A DNA stretch of 61,338 bases, the filler included, from Sphacelaria rigidula (lineage: Eukaryota), in NCBI GenBank assembly GCA_964200075.2. It is 8 parts of 8 records of this genome, joined end to end, with 100 filler letters (N's around TTAATTAATTAA, not from the genome) between each part and the next. Parts side by side here need not be neighbours in the genome. Positions count along the whole stretch, not along the records: positions 15,361 to 22,940 come from CAXNAA020014241.1; positions 23,041 to 30,620 come from CAXNAA020014242.1; positions 30,721 to 38,300 come from CAXNAA020014243.1; 5 more parts are not named here. The stretch is one strand, 5' to 3'. This document shows, piece after piece, positions 22,662 through 34,123 of this stretch. Positions within the stretch are counted from its first letter, which is position 1; every line of letters starts with the position of its first letter. The notes beneath the pieces were generated by a model. The model had not been told where the DNA came from. It saw only the letters and a list, made by a program, of their open reading frames with translations, and did no database searches. A program made the translations under genes and the position numbers.

Positions 22662-22771
22662 TGTTGTTGTTGTTGTTGTTGTTGTCTTCACATTAAAAGC
22701 CGTTCCGATATCTGCGCGGTACATTGGTACTGGGCATCTTATGCGGACGCCTTCCGTGGTCACAGGCTAGC
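22662..22771 (-). mobile_element. Retroposon 3' end, family B, (AAC)n tail
   Basis: (TGT)n followed by CTTCACATTAAAAGCCGTTCCGATATCTGCGCGGTAC...GTGGTCACAGGCTAGC; near-identical to 38401-38475. Confidence 0.75.
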
Positions 22772-22877
22772 AGAAGAAATTCCTGTGCAACATAATAATT
22801 TCAAAATCGAGCATTTGGCGTTTTGCCCCTCTTCAAAAGAAAGAAAGAAAGTAAAGGATCGGAGGGTAGCGGGATCT

Positions 22878-22940
22878 GTGTTGTGTGTGTGTTGTCGTCC
22901 CATTTATTATTCTGGGCACCAGTCTACACCTTTCGGTGTA
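22878..22940 (-). mobile_element. SINE family A 3' end, cut by the contig end
   Basis: GTGTGTGTGTTGTCGTCCCATTTATTATTCTGGGCACCAGTCTACACCTTTCGGT. Confidence 0.75.
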
Positions 22941-23040
22941 NNNNNNNNNNNNNNNNNNNNNNNNNNNNNNNNNNNNNNNNNNNNTTAATTAATTAANNNN
23001 NNNNNNNNNNNNNNNNNNNNNNNNNNNNNNNNNNNNNNNN
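22941..23040. other. Artificial contig linker
   Basis: N-TTAATTAATTAA-N, 100 bp. Confidence 0.98.
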
Positions 23041-26000
23041 GCAGCAAACCGTCCTTGTTCTTTAACCTACTTTAACACAGCCAGGACATAGACCTGAAAT
23101 AGAGAAACAAACCCTCCTTTCTTTTTCACCTACTGTAACACAGCCAGGCCATAGACATGAAATAGAGAAGCTCACCCTCCTTTGTATTTCAATTACTATA
23201 ACGCAGTCCAGAGATTGACCTGGAATGGAGAAGCTCACCCTCCTTTTGATTTCATCTACTATGATGCAGTCCAAACATTCATCTCAAATAGAGAAGCTAA
23301 CCCTCTTTTGTTATCAATCTACTATAACACAGACCGGACATAAACATGAAATAGGGCAGCGAACCGTCCTTGTTCTTTAACCTACTTTAACACAGCCAGG
23401 ACATAGACCTGAAATAGAGAAACAAACCCTCCTTTCTTTTTCACCTACTGCAACACAGCCAGGCCAAAGACATGGAATATAGAAGCTCACCCTCCCCTTG
23501 TTATCAACTTACGGTAACGCCGTCCGGATGAAAACATGGAATGGAGAGGCTAACCCTCTCTTTTTTTCAACCTACTCTAACACAGCCGGGACATAAAGAT
23601 GAAATAAAGAAACAAACCCTCCTCTTCTTTTCACCTACTATAACATGGCCAGGACATATACATGGGTTAGAAAAGCTTATCCTCCTTGTCATTCAACCTA
23701 CTATAACACAGCCCGAATATAAACATGAATTAGAGAAGCTCACCACCTTTTTTATTCAACCTACTACAACACAGGCCGGATATGAACATAAAATAGAGGA
23801 GCTAACCCTCCCTTTTACTCAACCTACTATAACACAGCCCGGATATAGACATGAAATAGAGAAGCTAACGGTCCTTTTTCTTCAATATTCTATAACACAG
23901 CCAGGACATAGACATGAAATAGAGAAGCTCACCCTCCTTTGTATTTCATCTATTATAACGTAGTCCAGAGATTGACATGGAATAGAGAAGCTCACCCTCC
24001 TTTTGATTTCATCTACTATGATGTAGTCCAGACATTCACCTTAAATAGAGAAGCTAACCCTCTTTTGTTATCAATCTACTGTAACACAGACCAGACATAA
24101 ACATGAAATAGGGCAGAAAACCGTCCTTGTTCTTTAACCTACTTTAACACAGCCAGGACATAGACCTGAAATAGAGAAACAAACCCTCCTTTCTTTTTCA
24201 CCTACTGTAACACAGCCAGGCCAAAGACATGGAATATAGAAGCTCACCCTCCCCTTGTTATCAACCTACTGTAACGCCGTCCGGATGAAAACATGAAATA
24301 GAGAAGCTAGTCCTCCTCTTTCTCCAACCTACTCTAACACAGCCGGGACATAGAGATGAAATAAAGAAACAAACCCTCTTCTTTTTCACCTACTATAACA
24401 CAGCCAGGACATAGACATGAAATATAGAAGCTTACCCTCCTTTCTATTTCGCCTACTATAACGCAGTCCAGACATTGACCTGAAATAATGGAGCTCACCC
24501 TTCCTTTTTATTAACCTACTATAACACAACCCGAACATAGACATGGAATAGAGGAGCTATCCGTCCTCTTTCTTGAACCTACTATAACACAGCCCGGCTA
24601 TAGACATGAAATAGAGAAGTTCACCTACCTTTTTATTCGACCTACTACAACGCAGTCCAGACATTGACCTGAAACAGAGAAACTAACACTCCTTTGAATT
24701 CAACCTACTATAAAACAGACCGGACATAGACATGAAATAGAGAGGCTAACCCTTTCTTTGGATAAACCTACTATAACACGGCCCGGACATAGACATGAAA
24801 TAGAGGAGCTAACCCTTCCTTTCTTTCAACCTACTATAACACAGCCCGGATATAGACATGATATAGGAGAGCTGACCCTCCTTTCTTATCAACCTGTAAC
24901 GCCGTCCGAATGAAAACATGGAATAGAGAAGCTAACCCTCCTTTTCTTCAACCTACTATAACACAGCCGGGACATAAAGATGAAATAGAGAAACAAACCC
25001 TCCTTTTTTATCTACTATAACACAGCCAGGACATAGACATGAAATAGAGAAGCTCAGCCTCCTTTTTATTCAACCTACTATAACGCAGTCCAGACACTGA
25101 CCTGAAATAGAGAAGCTAACCCTTCTTTTTATTTAACCTACTATAACACAGCCCGGACATAGACATGAAATAGAGAAGCTAACCCTTCCTTTTAATCAAC
25201 CTACTACAACACAGCCCGGATATAGACATGGAGTAGAGAAGCTGACCCTCCTTTCTTATCAACCTACTGTAACGCCGCCCAGACACTGACCTAAAATAGA
25301 GAAGTTGACCCTCCTTTTTATTTAACCTACTATAACACAGCCCGGACATAGACATGGAATAGAGAAGCTAACCCTTCCTTTTCATCAACCTACTATAACA
25401 CAGCCCGGATATAGACATGGAGTAGAGAAGCTGACCCTCCTTTCTTATCAACCTACTGTAACGCCGTCCGGATGAAAACATGGAATAGAGAAGCTAACCC
25501 TCCTTTTCATTCCACCTACGATAACACAGTTTGGGTATAGACATGAAATAGAGAAGCCCAACGTCCCTTTCCTCTCACCTGACTGCTGCCGAGATAGCCC
25601 CCCCCCGAACCGGCCAAAAACGTGCACGGAGGCGATGAAACAAATGCCGTTAGAAATGATTTCGTGCTGCACGACGCGACGTATTTGGGCGTCATAGCTA
25701 ATTTCGAACTGCTACACGCCTTTCATTTGTGCGAAATTGCTGCGAACGAGCCCAAACGTCGGGATTGCAGCCGGTTTGTCGTACGGTCTCCGGTGCACTT
25801 TTCGTGCAGGGGCTATCTCGGCATAAGTCACCTACTATAACACAGCCCGGACATAGACATCAAATAGAGGAGCTTACCCTCCTTCATATCTCACCTACTG
25901 TAACACAGCCCGGACATGGACATGACATAGAAAAACAAACCCTCTCTTTTCTCTCACCTACTATAACACAGCCAGGACATAGACATGAGATAGAGAAGCT

Positions 26001-29000
26001 TACCCTCCTCTTTATTTCATCTACTATAACGCAGTCCAGACATTGACCTGAAATAAAGGAGCTAACCCTTCGTTTCTATCAACCTACTCTAACACATCCC
26101 GGACATAGACATGAAGCAGAGCAGCTAACCGTCCTTTTTCTTTGACCTACTATGCCACAGCCAGGACATAGACTTGGGATAGAGAAGCTTACCCTTCTTT
26201 TTATTTCATCTACTATGACGCAGTTCAGACATTGACCTGAAATAGAGGAGCTAACCCTTCTTTTCTAACAACCTACTTTATCACAGCCCGGACATAGACA
26301 TCAAATAGAGCAGCGAACCGTCCTTTTCTTTAACCTACTCTAACACATCCCGGACATGGACATGAAGCAGAGCAGCTAACCGTCCTTCTTCTTTGACCTA
26401 CTATAACACAGCCAGGACATAGACATGAAATATATGAGCTCACCCTCCTTTATATTTCATCTACTATAACGCAGTTCAGACATTGACCTGAAATGGAGAA
26501 GCTAACCCTTCTTTTTTATCAACCTACTATAACACAGCCCGGACATAGACATGGAATAGAGGAGCTATCCGTCCTTTTTCTTGAACCTACTACAACACAG
26601 CTAGGACATAGACATGAAATAGAGAAGCTCACCCTCCTTTTCTTTTCATTTACTATAACACAGCCCGGACATAGACATGGAATGGAGCAGCTTACCCTCC
26701 CTTTTATTCAACCTACTATAACACAGCCAGGATATGAACATGAAATAGAGAAGCCTACCCTCCCTTTTATTCAACCAACTATAACATAGCCCGGATATAG
26801 ACATGAAATGGAGAAGCTCATACTCCTTTCTATTCGACCTACTAAAACACAGCGCGGATATAGACAGGAAATAGAGCAGCTAACCCCACTTTTTCTTGAA
26901 TCTACTATAACACAGCCAGCACATAGACATGAAATGGATAAGCTTACCCTTCTTTTTCTATAACCTACTATAACGCAGGCCAGACATTGACATGACATAG
27001 AGAAGCTAACCCTCCCTTATTTTACCCACTGAAACACGGACTGGACATAGACATGACATAGAGAAGCTGACCCTCCCCTATTTTACCCACTCAAACACAG
27101 ACGAACATACACATGATATATCGAAGCTAACCCTCCCTTTTATTCAACCTACTATGACACAGTCAGGACATAGACATGGAATGGAGCAGCTAACCCTCCC
27201 TTTTATTCAACCAACTATAACAGCCCGGATATAGACATGAAATGGAGAAGCTCATACTCCTTTCTATTCGACCTACTAAAACACAGCCCGGACATAGACA
27301 TGAAATAGAGCAGCTAACTCCGCTTTTTCTTGAATCTACTATAACACAGCCAGCACATAGACATGAAATGGAGAAGCTTTCCCTCCTTTTTCTTTAACCT
27401 AGTCTAACACAGCCCGGATGTGAACATGAAATAGAGAAGCTCACCCTCCTTTTCATTTCATTTACTATAACACAGCCCGGACATAGACATGGAATGGAGC
27501 AGCTTACCCTCCCTTTTATTCAACCTACAATAACACAGCCAGGATATGAACATGAAATAGAAAAGCTTACCCTCCCTTTTATTCAACCTACTATAACACA
27601 GCCAGGGTATCAACATGAAATAGAAATGCGTACCCTCCCTTTTATTCAGCCTACTATAACAGCCCGGATATAGACATGAAATGGAGAAGCTCATACTCCT
27701 TTCTATTCGACCTACTAAAACACAGCCCGGACATAGACATGAAATAGAGCAGCTAACCCCGCTTTTTCTTGAATCTACTATAACACAGCCAGCTCATAGA
27801 CATGAAATGGAGAAGCTTTCCCTCCTTTTTCTTTAACCTAGTCTAACACAGCCCGGATGTGAACATGAAATGGAGAAGCTCACCCTCCTTTTCATTTTAT
27901 CTACTATAACGCAGTCCAAACATTGACATGACATAGAGAAGCTAACCCTCCCATATTTTACCCACTAAAACACAGCCTAGACATGATATATAGAAGATAA
28001 CTCTCCTTTTTATTCACCCTACTATAACAGCCCGGACATAGACATGAAATGGAGAAGCTCATACTCGATTTATTTCACCTACTGTAACACAGCCCGGATA
28101 TAGACATGAAAAAGAGCAGCTAACCCTCCTTTTTCCTCAACCTACTTTAACACAGCCCGGACAAAGAGCCACGAAAAATAGAGAAGCTAACTCTCCTTTT
28201 TATTTTACCTACTATAACCTGCCCGGACATAGACATGAAATAGAGCAGCTAACTGTCCTTTTTCTTCAACCTACTATAACACAGCCAGGACATAGACATG
28301 AAATAGAGAAGCTCACCCTCTTTTTTGTTCAACCTACTATAACACAGCCCGGATATAAACATGAAATAGAGAAACAAACCCTCCTTTTTGTTCAACGTAC
28401 TGTAACACAGCCCGGAGATAGACATGGAATAGAGCAGCTTACCCTCCCTTTTATTCAACCTACTATAACACAGCCAGGATATCAACATGAAATAGAAAAG
28501 CTTACCCTCCCTTTTATTCAACCTACTATAACATAGCCCGGATATAGACATGAAATGGAGAAGCTCACCCTCCTTTTCATTTCATCTACTATAACGCAGT
28601 CCAGACATTGTAATGACATAGAGCAGCTTACCCTCCCTAATTTTACCCACTAAAACACAGACTGGACATAGACATGATATATAGAAGCTAACCCTCCTTT
28701 TTTTCACCCTACTATAACACAGCCCGGACATAGACATGGAATAGAGCAGCTTACCCTCCCTTTTATTCAACCTACTATAACACAGCCAGGATATCAACAT
28801 GAAATAAAAATGCTTACCCTCCCTTTTATTCAACCTACTATAACATAGCCCGGATATAGACATGGAATGAAGAAGCTCACCCTCCTTTCTATACAACCAA
28901 CTAAAACGCAGCCCAGATAGAGACAGGAAATAGAGCAGCTAACCCCCCTTTTTCTTGAATCTACTATAACACAGCCAGGACATAGACATGAAATGGATAA

Positions 29001-30620
29001 GCTTACCCTCCATTTTCTATAACCTACTCTTACACAGCCCGGATGTGAAAATGAAATAGAGGAGCTCACCCTCCTTTTCATTTCATCTACTATAACGCAG
29101 TCCAGACATTGACATGACATAGGGCAGCTAACCCTCCCTACTTGTACCCACTGAAACACAGACTGGACATAGACATGATATATAGAAGCTAACCCTCCTT
29201 TTTTTCACCCTACTATAACACAGCCCGGACATAGACATGGAATGGAGCAGCGAACACTCCTTTTTATTCACCCTACTATAACACAGCCAGGATATCAACA
29301 TGAAATAGAAATGCTTACCCTCCCTTTTATTCAACCTACTATAACAGCCCGGATATAGACATGAAATGGAGAAGATCATCCTCCCTTCTTTTCAACCTAC
29401 TAAGACACAGCCCGGACATAGACATGAAATGGAGCAGCTAACCCTGCTTTTTCTTGAATCTACTATAACACAGCCAGAACATCGACATGAAATGGAGAAG
29501 CTTTCCCTCTTTTTTCTTTAACCTAGTCTAACACAGCCCGGATGTGAACATGAAATAGAGAAGCTCACCCTCCTTTTCATTTCATCTACTATAACGCAGT
29601 CCAGACATTGACATGACATAGAGCAGCTAACCCTCCTTTTTCCTCAACCTACTATAACACAGCCCGGACAAAGAGCCACGAAAAATAGAGAAGCTAACTC
29701 TCCTTTTTATTTTACCTACTATAACCTGCCCGGACATAGACATGAAATAGAGCAGCTAACTGTCCTTTTTCTTCAACCTACTATAACACAGCCAGGACAT
29801 AGACATGAAATAGAGAAGCTCACCCTCTTTTTTGTTCAACCTACTATAACACAGCCCGGATATAAACATGAAATAGAGAAACAAACCCTCCTTTTTGTTC
29901 AACGTACTGTAACACAGCCCGGAGATAGACATGGAATAGAGAAGCTAACCCTCCCATTTATTCAACCTACTATAACACAGCCCGGATATAGACATGAAGT
30001 AGAGATAGATGCTGACTTTCCTTACTTATCGACCTACTATAACGCAGTCGGGATGAAAACATGGAATAGAGGAGCTAATCCTCCTCCTTATTCCACCTAC
30101 TATAACACAGTCCGGACATAGACATGAAATAGAGAAGCCAACCCTCCTTCTTCTTTAGCCTACTATAACACAGCCAGGATATAGAGATGACATTAAAAAA
30201 CTAACCCTCTTTTTTTTCCAACCTACTATTACACAGCCCGGAGATAGACATGGAATAGAGCAGCTTACCCTCCCTTTTATTCAACCTACTATAACACAGC
30301 CAGGATATCAACATGAAATAGAAAAGCTTACCATCCCTTTTATTCAACCTACTATAACATAGCCCGGATATAGACATGAAATGGAGAAGCTCACCCTCCT
30401 TTCTATATAACCAACTAAGACACAGCCCAGATAGAGACAGGAAATAGAGCAGCTAACCCCCCTTTTTCTTGAATCTACTATAACACAGCCAGGACATAGA
30501 CATGAAATGGATAAGCTTACCCTCCATTTTCTATAACCTACTCTTACACAGCCCGGATGTGAAAATGAAATAGAGGAGCTCACCCTCCTTTTCATTTCAT
30601 CTACTATAACGCAGTCCAGA
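23041..30620. repeat. 63-bp tandem satellite (~116 diverged monomers) with higher-order repeats; fills the whole contig
   Basis: Approximate consensus CCTACTATAACACAGCCCGGACATAGACATGAAATAGAGAAGCTAACCCTCCTTTTTATTCAA. Variant blocks recur at 315 bp (23041/23356), 757 bp (23356/24113), ~439 bp (~27217/27656) and ~1.51 kb (28161/29668, 29041/30555). Confidence 0.95.
25581..25829. mobile_element. 249-bp MITE inserted in the satellite, 4-bp TSD ACCT
   Basis: TIRs GACTGCTGCCGAGATAGCCCC / GGGGCTATCTCGGCATAAGTC (2 mismatches in 21). ACCT lies at 25577-25580 and 25830-25833; removing the element restores a monomer. Confidence 0.9.
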
Positions 30621-30720
30621 NNNNNNNNNNNNNNNNNNNNNNNNNNNNNNNNNNNNNNNNNNNNTTAATTAATTAANNNNNNNNNNNNNNNNNNNNNNNN
30701 NNNNNNNNNNNNNNNNNNNN
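30621..30720. other. Artificial contig linker
   Basis: N-TTAATTAATTAA-N, 100 bp. Confidence 0.98.
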
Positions 30721-30988
30721 AAAGAGTGCCGAATAAATTAAAAAAAGGCATTCATTTTTTTTTTTTTCATGGAGGTTAGGGCGTTTTAGTGAATAAATGG
30801 TCTTCGCCATGGTAAAACGCCCTAAACCAGTGACAAAAATTGAAAAAAATCAACCTGACCCACTTTTTCTTGTTAATTATGCCTCAAAGAGCGCCCACAC
30901 AATTTTTCAATACACGAAAACCAAACATGGGCCGGTGAGTGGCCTGCGAAATACTGTTCCGAATTTCTACCGACCCAGTTTTTGAAAG

Positions 30989-31257
30989 GCCCATGCTCCC
31001 GCGAGTATTTAGAGTTGGACCCTGAAATTTGGTATGGACAATGAATAGGGCATGAAAAAAAATTTATAGGAGCAACAGAGTTTTTATTTTTTCACGTAAG
31101 TTTTGGGCAATAATCACTTTTCAGGTATCAGTAAAATGCCTTCAACTCATGAAAAAAAAAAAAAACTCTGGTGCTCCTGTAATTGTCTTTTTCATGCCCT
31201 ATCATTGTCCATACCAAATTTCAGGGTCCAACTCTAAATACTCGCGGGAGCATGGGC
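30989..31257. repeat. Long inverted repeat (hairpin) with ~100-bp arms, outer ~55 bp perfect
   Basis: GCCCATGCTCCCGCGAGTATTTAGAGTTGGACCCTGAAATTTGGTATGGACAATGA pairs with TCATTGTCCATACCAAATTTCAGGGTCCAACTCTAAATACTCGCGGGAGCATGGGC. Confidence 0.9.
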
Positions 31258-32926
31258 TTGCAAACCTCAAATCCGTCTCTAGGCTGGCCCAGCTCGTAGC
31301 CGGAATCACTTCTTTCGGACAAGTATTTAAACCCTTTTGGGACCGGGCCTCCAGAACGACCAATGAGGTTGGTGAGGAATGACGTGTCTGGCGTCTGCAC
31401 GAAACAGTGGCTTCATGTGAAAATCCACGCATGTAACCGCCGCATGCAGGGTTAGGAGGAAGACCAAAAGTTTCATCCAATCTATTTTTAGGTGCAGATA
31501 CAAACTGTAATTCGGGTGGAGTGCACATTAGGTGATGTACATCTCATGAACGAGCAGTATGGGTCGCCCTAGAGAGCTTCCAAGAGGATGCGGCGACCGG
31601 GAGGCCGCCCGCCACTTGTGGCCTTTGGATGATATTATTGTCCCCATCACCTTGCCACACAGCCCTTTGTGGTCCGGGGTGGGCCGCGATTTCCCTCTTT
31701 GTTGCAAGCGGCAAATTATCTTCGGAAGGTGTGGGCGTTGCGGCGCACAGACATGCAGTACAGCACAGTACAGTGCAGTACGCCTCTCCGACTGCAGCAG
31801 CAGGTACTGTTGCATACTCCCTTGCACGTTCTGGGTAGTTCTCAGCGACGGAAATCAGCTTCCCATACACAGCTTGTTCATCTCCGCCCAAAAGATACAT
31901 CTTAACTGCACACTGCAAGTAATCGGCAGAGGGATAAACAGAATTAATGACGGTAGCTCATTTTGTCTTTCCACGGCCCACCTGGTTTTAGTGTCTCGTG
32001 AAAATGACCACATTGTGGCATGTACACTCCTTCCCGTTTTTTTCCGGTCCACCCTGTGTTGGTGTAATTACTACGTTTTAGTATAGAATTGCGACCCAAC
32101 CCCCCCTCCCGGAAAATCTCGGGAACTCTTTACTGAATGCAAGTAATACCATAAAACCAAGCTGCGACCACCCTTCACTTGGAAACCTGGGAAGGTTTAT
32201 CTGGGCCAGAGATGGGGCCCCCACACGATCTTTGCAGTGGCATCACAGTCGACAGCAATCCCCGCGCTGGTCGTTCGGGTCTGGTCGATAAATTTCGCCT
32301 CGCCGTGACTGGGCAGGTCGCTCCCTGACTTATTATTTTTTTTATTTCACCAACACAGGGGCAACCCTGTGTTGTTGGGGGGTCGGTCCCAACAGGCTTA
32401 AGGACCGTTGTTAACGGGGCTGTTTTTTCTTCACACCATTCCTACTTTTTCTGAAGAAAAATGTGACGACGGAATTCTCAACCAGGTCAAGGAATAGAAC
32501 ACTTTGAGACTGGCTACAGATCAATCGGAAAATTCTAACGTTGAATCTGTTCATCAGCATTTCTTGTTTCGAAAACTCGGAAACACTTCCGAAAAAGTCG
32601 AAAGTGTCGAATAAAAGGTCCCGTTTATAACGACCTAAAGCACGTTCGTTGAGTAGGTGAAGAATCAAGTAAACAAACGGTCTTACGGTCATGAAATGGA
32701 CCAAATTTGACTCCTTTACGATCTACTGTAGTTCGTCAATCGTGGCATGAAATTCGAAAATCAACGAGCTTCTGATATTTTCCCTGTGCGGCGTGTATTT
32801 CTTCTCCACGGTTTTTATGTTGTTGTTCAACATTTACTTTCTGAAATCGTTTAGTCGATCCGACCGTTTCGTGAAGAGCTCTCTCGAGAGCGGTTAAGCG
32901 AGAGATTCCTGAGGTTTTTATTTACG

Positions 32927-33165
32927 GTGTCTGTATGTGTTGTGTGTGTTGTCGTCCCATCTATTCTGGACGCCGGTCTACACCCTTCGGTATATGTGGG
33001 CGCACCAGCCGGGTTCACACAGGAGGAAGGTCAACACAGGAGGAGCTTTTTCTTTTTTATTTGTTTTAGTACCTCACCTTCCTTCTGCGGTGCTTCCCTT
33101 TCTTTTTTATCGCGAGGGGGGTACAGCAGTTCCTTTCCCTCGTCGACCGTTAAGTCGAATTCTGT
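32927..33165 (-). mobile_element. SINE family A, 5'-truncated copy
   Basis: GTTGTCGTCCCATCTATTCTGGACGCCGGTCTACAC...CACACAGGAGGAAGGTCA...CCTCGTCGACCG. Confidence 0.85.
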
Positions 33166-33418
33166 CGAGATGAAAATTGCTCGATTGTTTTCATCGGAAG
33201 GTGATGGATAGCCGACTAGCCTCTAAATGACGAAGGGACATCTCAAGCACTTCACGCCTGTACAGCTGTATCTCCACGGCATGAATATAAATGCTAGCTC
33301 TATGTGACCACGGGTTCGCGAGATCGGACTAATGTGCGGAAATAGTAAACAATATTAATAATCGCTTGTGTGAACTTGTCCGTCTCACCCTCTCACCCGT
33401 CTGTGGTCCACCGTGCAG

Positions 33419-34123
33419 GTGGACGCTCGCGTGCTGTCGTACGTGGAGGAGGTTCGGAAGCTCGGACTGCCCGTAACGCGCGCCACCATTCAGTCGTTCG
33501 GGCATGCCGCTAAGAAAGCCCTACTGGCTTCCTCAAGGCCCACGGTGGAGCCTCCTGCGGCAACACCCCCCAAGACAGCTGCACCAACGAGGGCACCAAC
33601 AACCGCAACACCTCCAACAACACCACCAGCAAGCACAGCAGCAACAGCAGCAGGACACACCAACACAACACCAAAGCCGAAGGCAACGCCGACATCAACA
33701 CCAACGCCAACACCAACAAGGCCAACAACTGCAACAGGACCACCAGCGACGGCGACGACCCAAGACGAGAAGATGAAGAGACTGGAAGCTTTTGGGGCGA
33801 GCGTGAAATGGGCCAAGAATTTCATCGCGCGCAACGGCATGGTCAGCCGCATCCTGAAGCAAGGCGAAGGTGAGGCCGGCTGCGGCGTGGGCGCTGCCGC
33901 CGCCGCCGCGGCGGCGGCAGCAGCGGCGGCCGTTGAGTCAAAGGGCGTGCTGGAGGAAATACGTCAGATGTGCAAGATATCATCCCACTTGCGGGATATG
34001 TTCAACGTCGACGAGACAACAGGTCTCATCGCGTACAAGGTATTGCCACGGCGCACGTACCTCATCAGCGGCGAGAGGGATTGGAAAACGGAGTCGGGTA
34101 CGAAAGGCTCGGGTGGGGAATAA
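33419..34123 (+). CDS. pogo/Tigger (Tc5, CENP-B-like) transposase exon: HTH plus start of the DDE domain, truncated
   Basis: VDARVLSYVEEVRKLGLPVTRATIQ...FGASVKWAKNFIARNG is a CENP-B-type HTH. DMFNVDETTGLIAYKVLPRRTY matches IFNxDETGLFY..LP.RT. Preceded by a pyrimidine tract and CAG acceptor (33416-33418). A stop occurs before the rest of the DDE domain. Confidence 0.85.
   Translation: MDARVLSYVEEVRKLGLPVTRATIQSFGHAAKKALLASSRPTVEPPAATPPKTAAPTRAPTTATPPTTPPASTAATAAGHTNTTPKPKATPTSTPTPTPTRPTTATGPPATATTQDEKMKRLEAFGASVKWAKNFIARNGMVSRILKQGEGEAGCGVGAAAAAAAAAAAAAVESKGVLEEIRQMCKISSHLRDMFNVDETTGLIAYKVLPRRTYLISGERDWKTESGTKGSGGE

Noticed and set aside
22284-22988. 234-aa ORF
   Set aside because: It runs antisense through SINEs and microsatellites into the linker.
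23541-30595. 21-aa repeat protein (PTITQPGHRHEIEKLTLLFIQ) or its antisense equivalents
   Set aside because: This is a by-product of a 63-bp period. A recurring monomer variant (CAT TGA) puts stops in frame, and 1-2-bp indels break the frames.
23041-30620. CRISPR-like array (conserved plus variable segments at ~63-bp period)
   Set aside because: The variable parts are homologous variants of one pyrimidine tract, not unique spacers. The conserved parts are also degenerate, and there are no cas genes.
23041-34123. CENP-B-like gene next to a satellite as a centromere system
   Set aside because: They lie on different contigs that are adjacent only because of size sorting.
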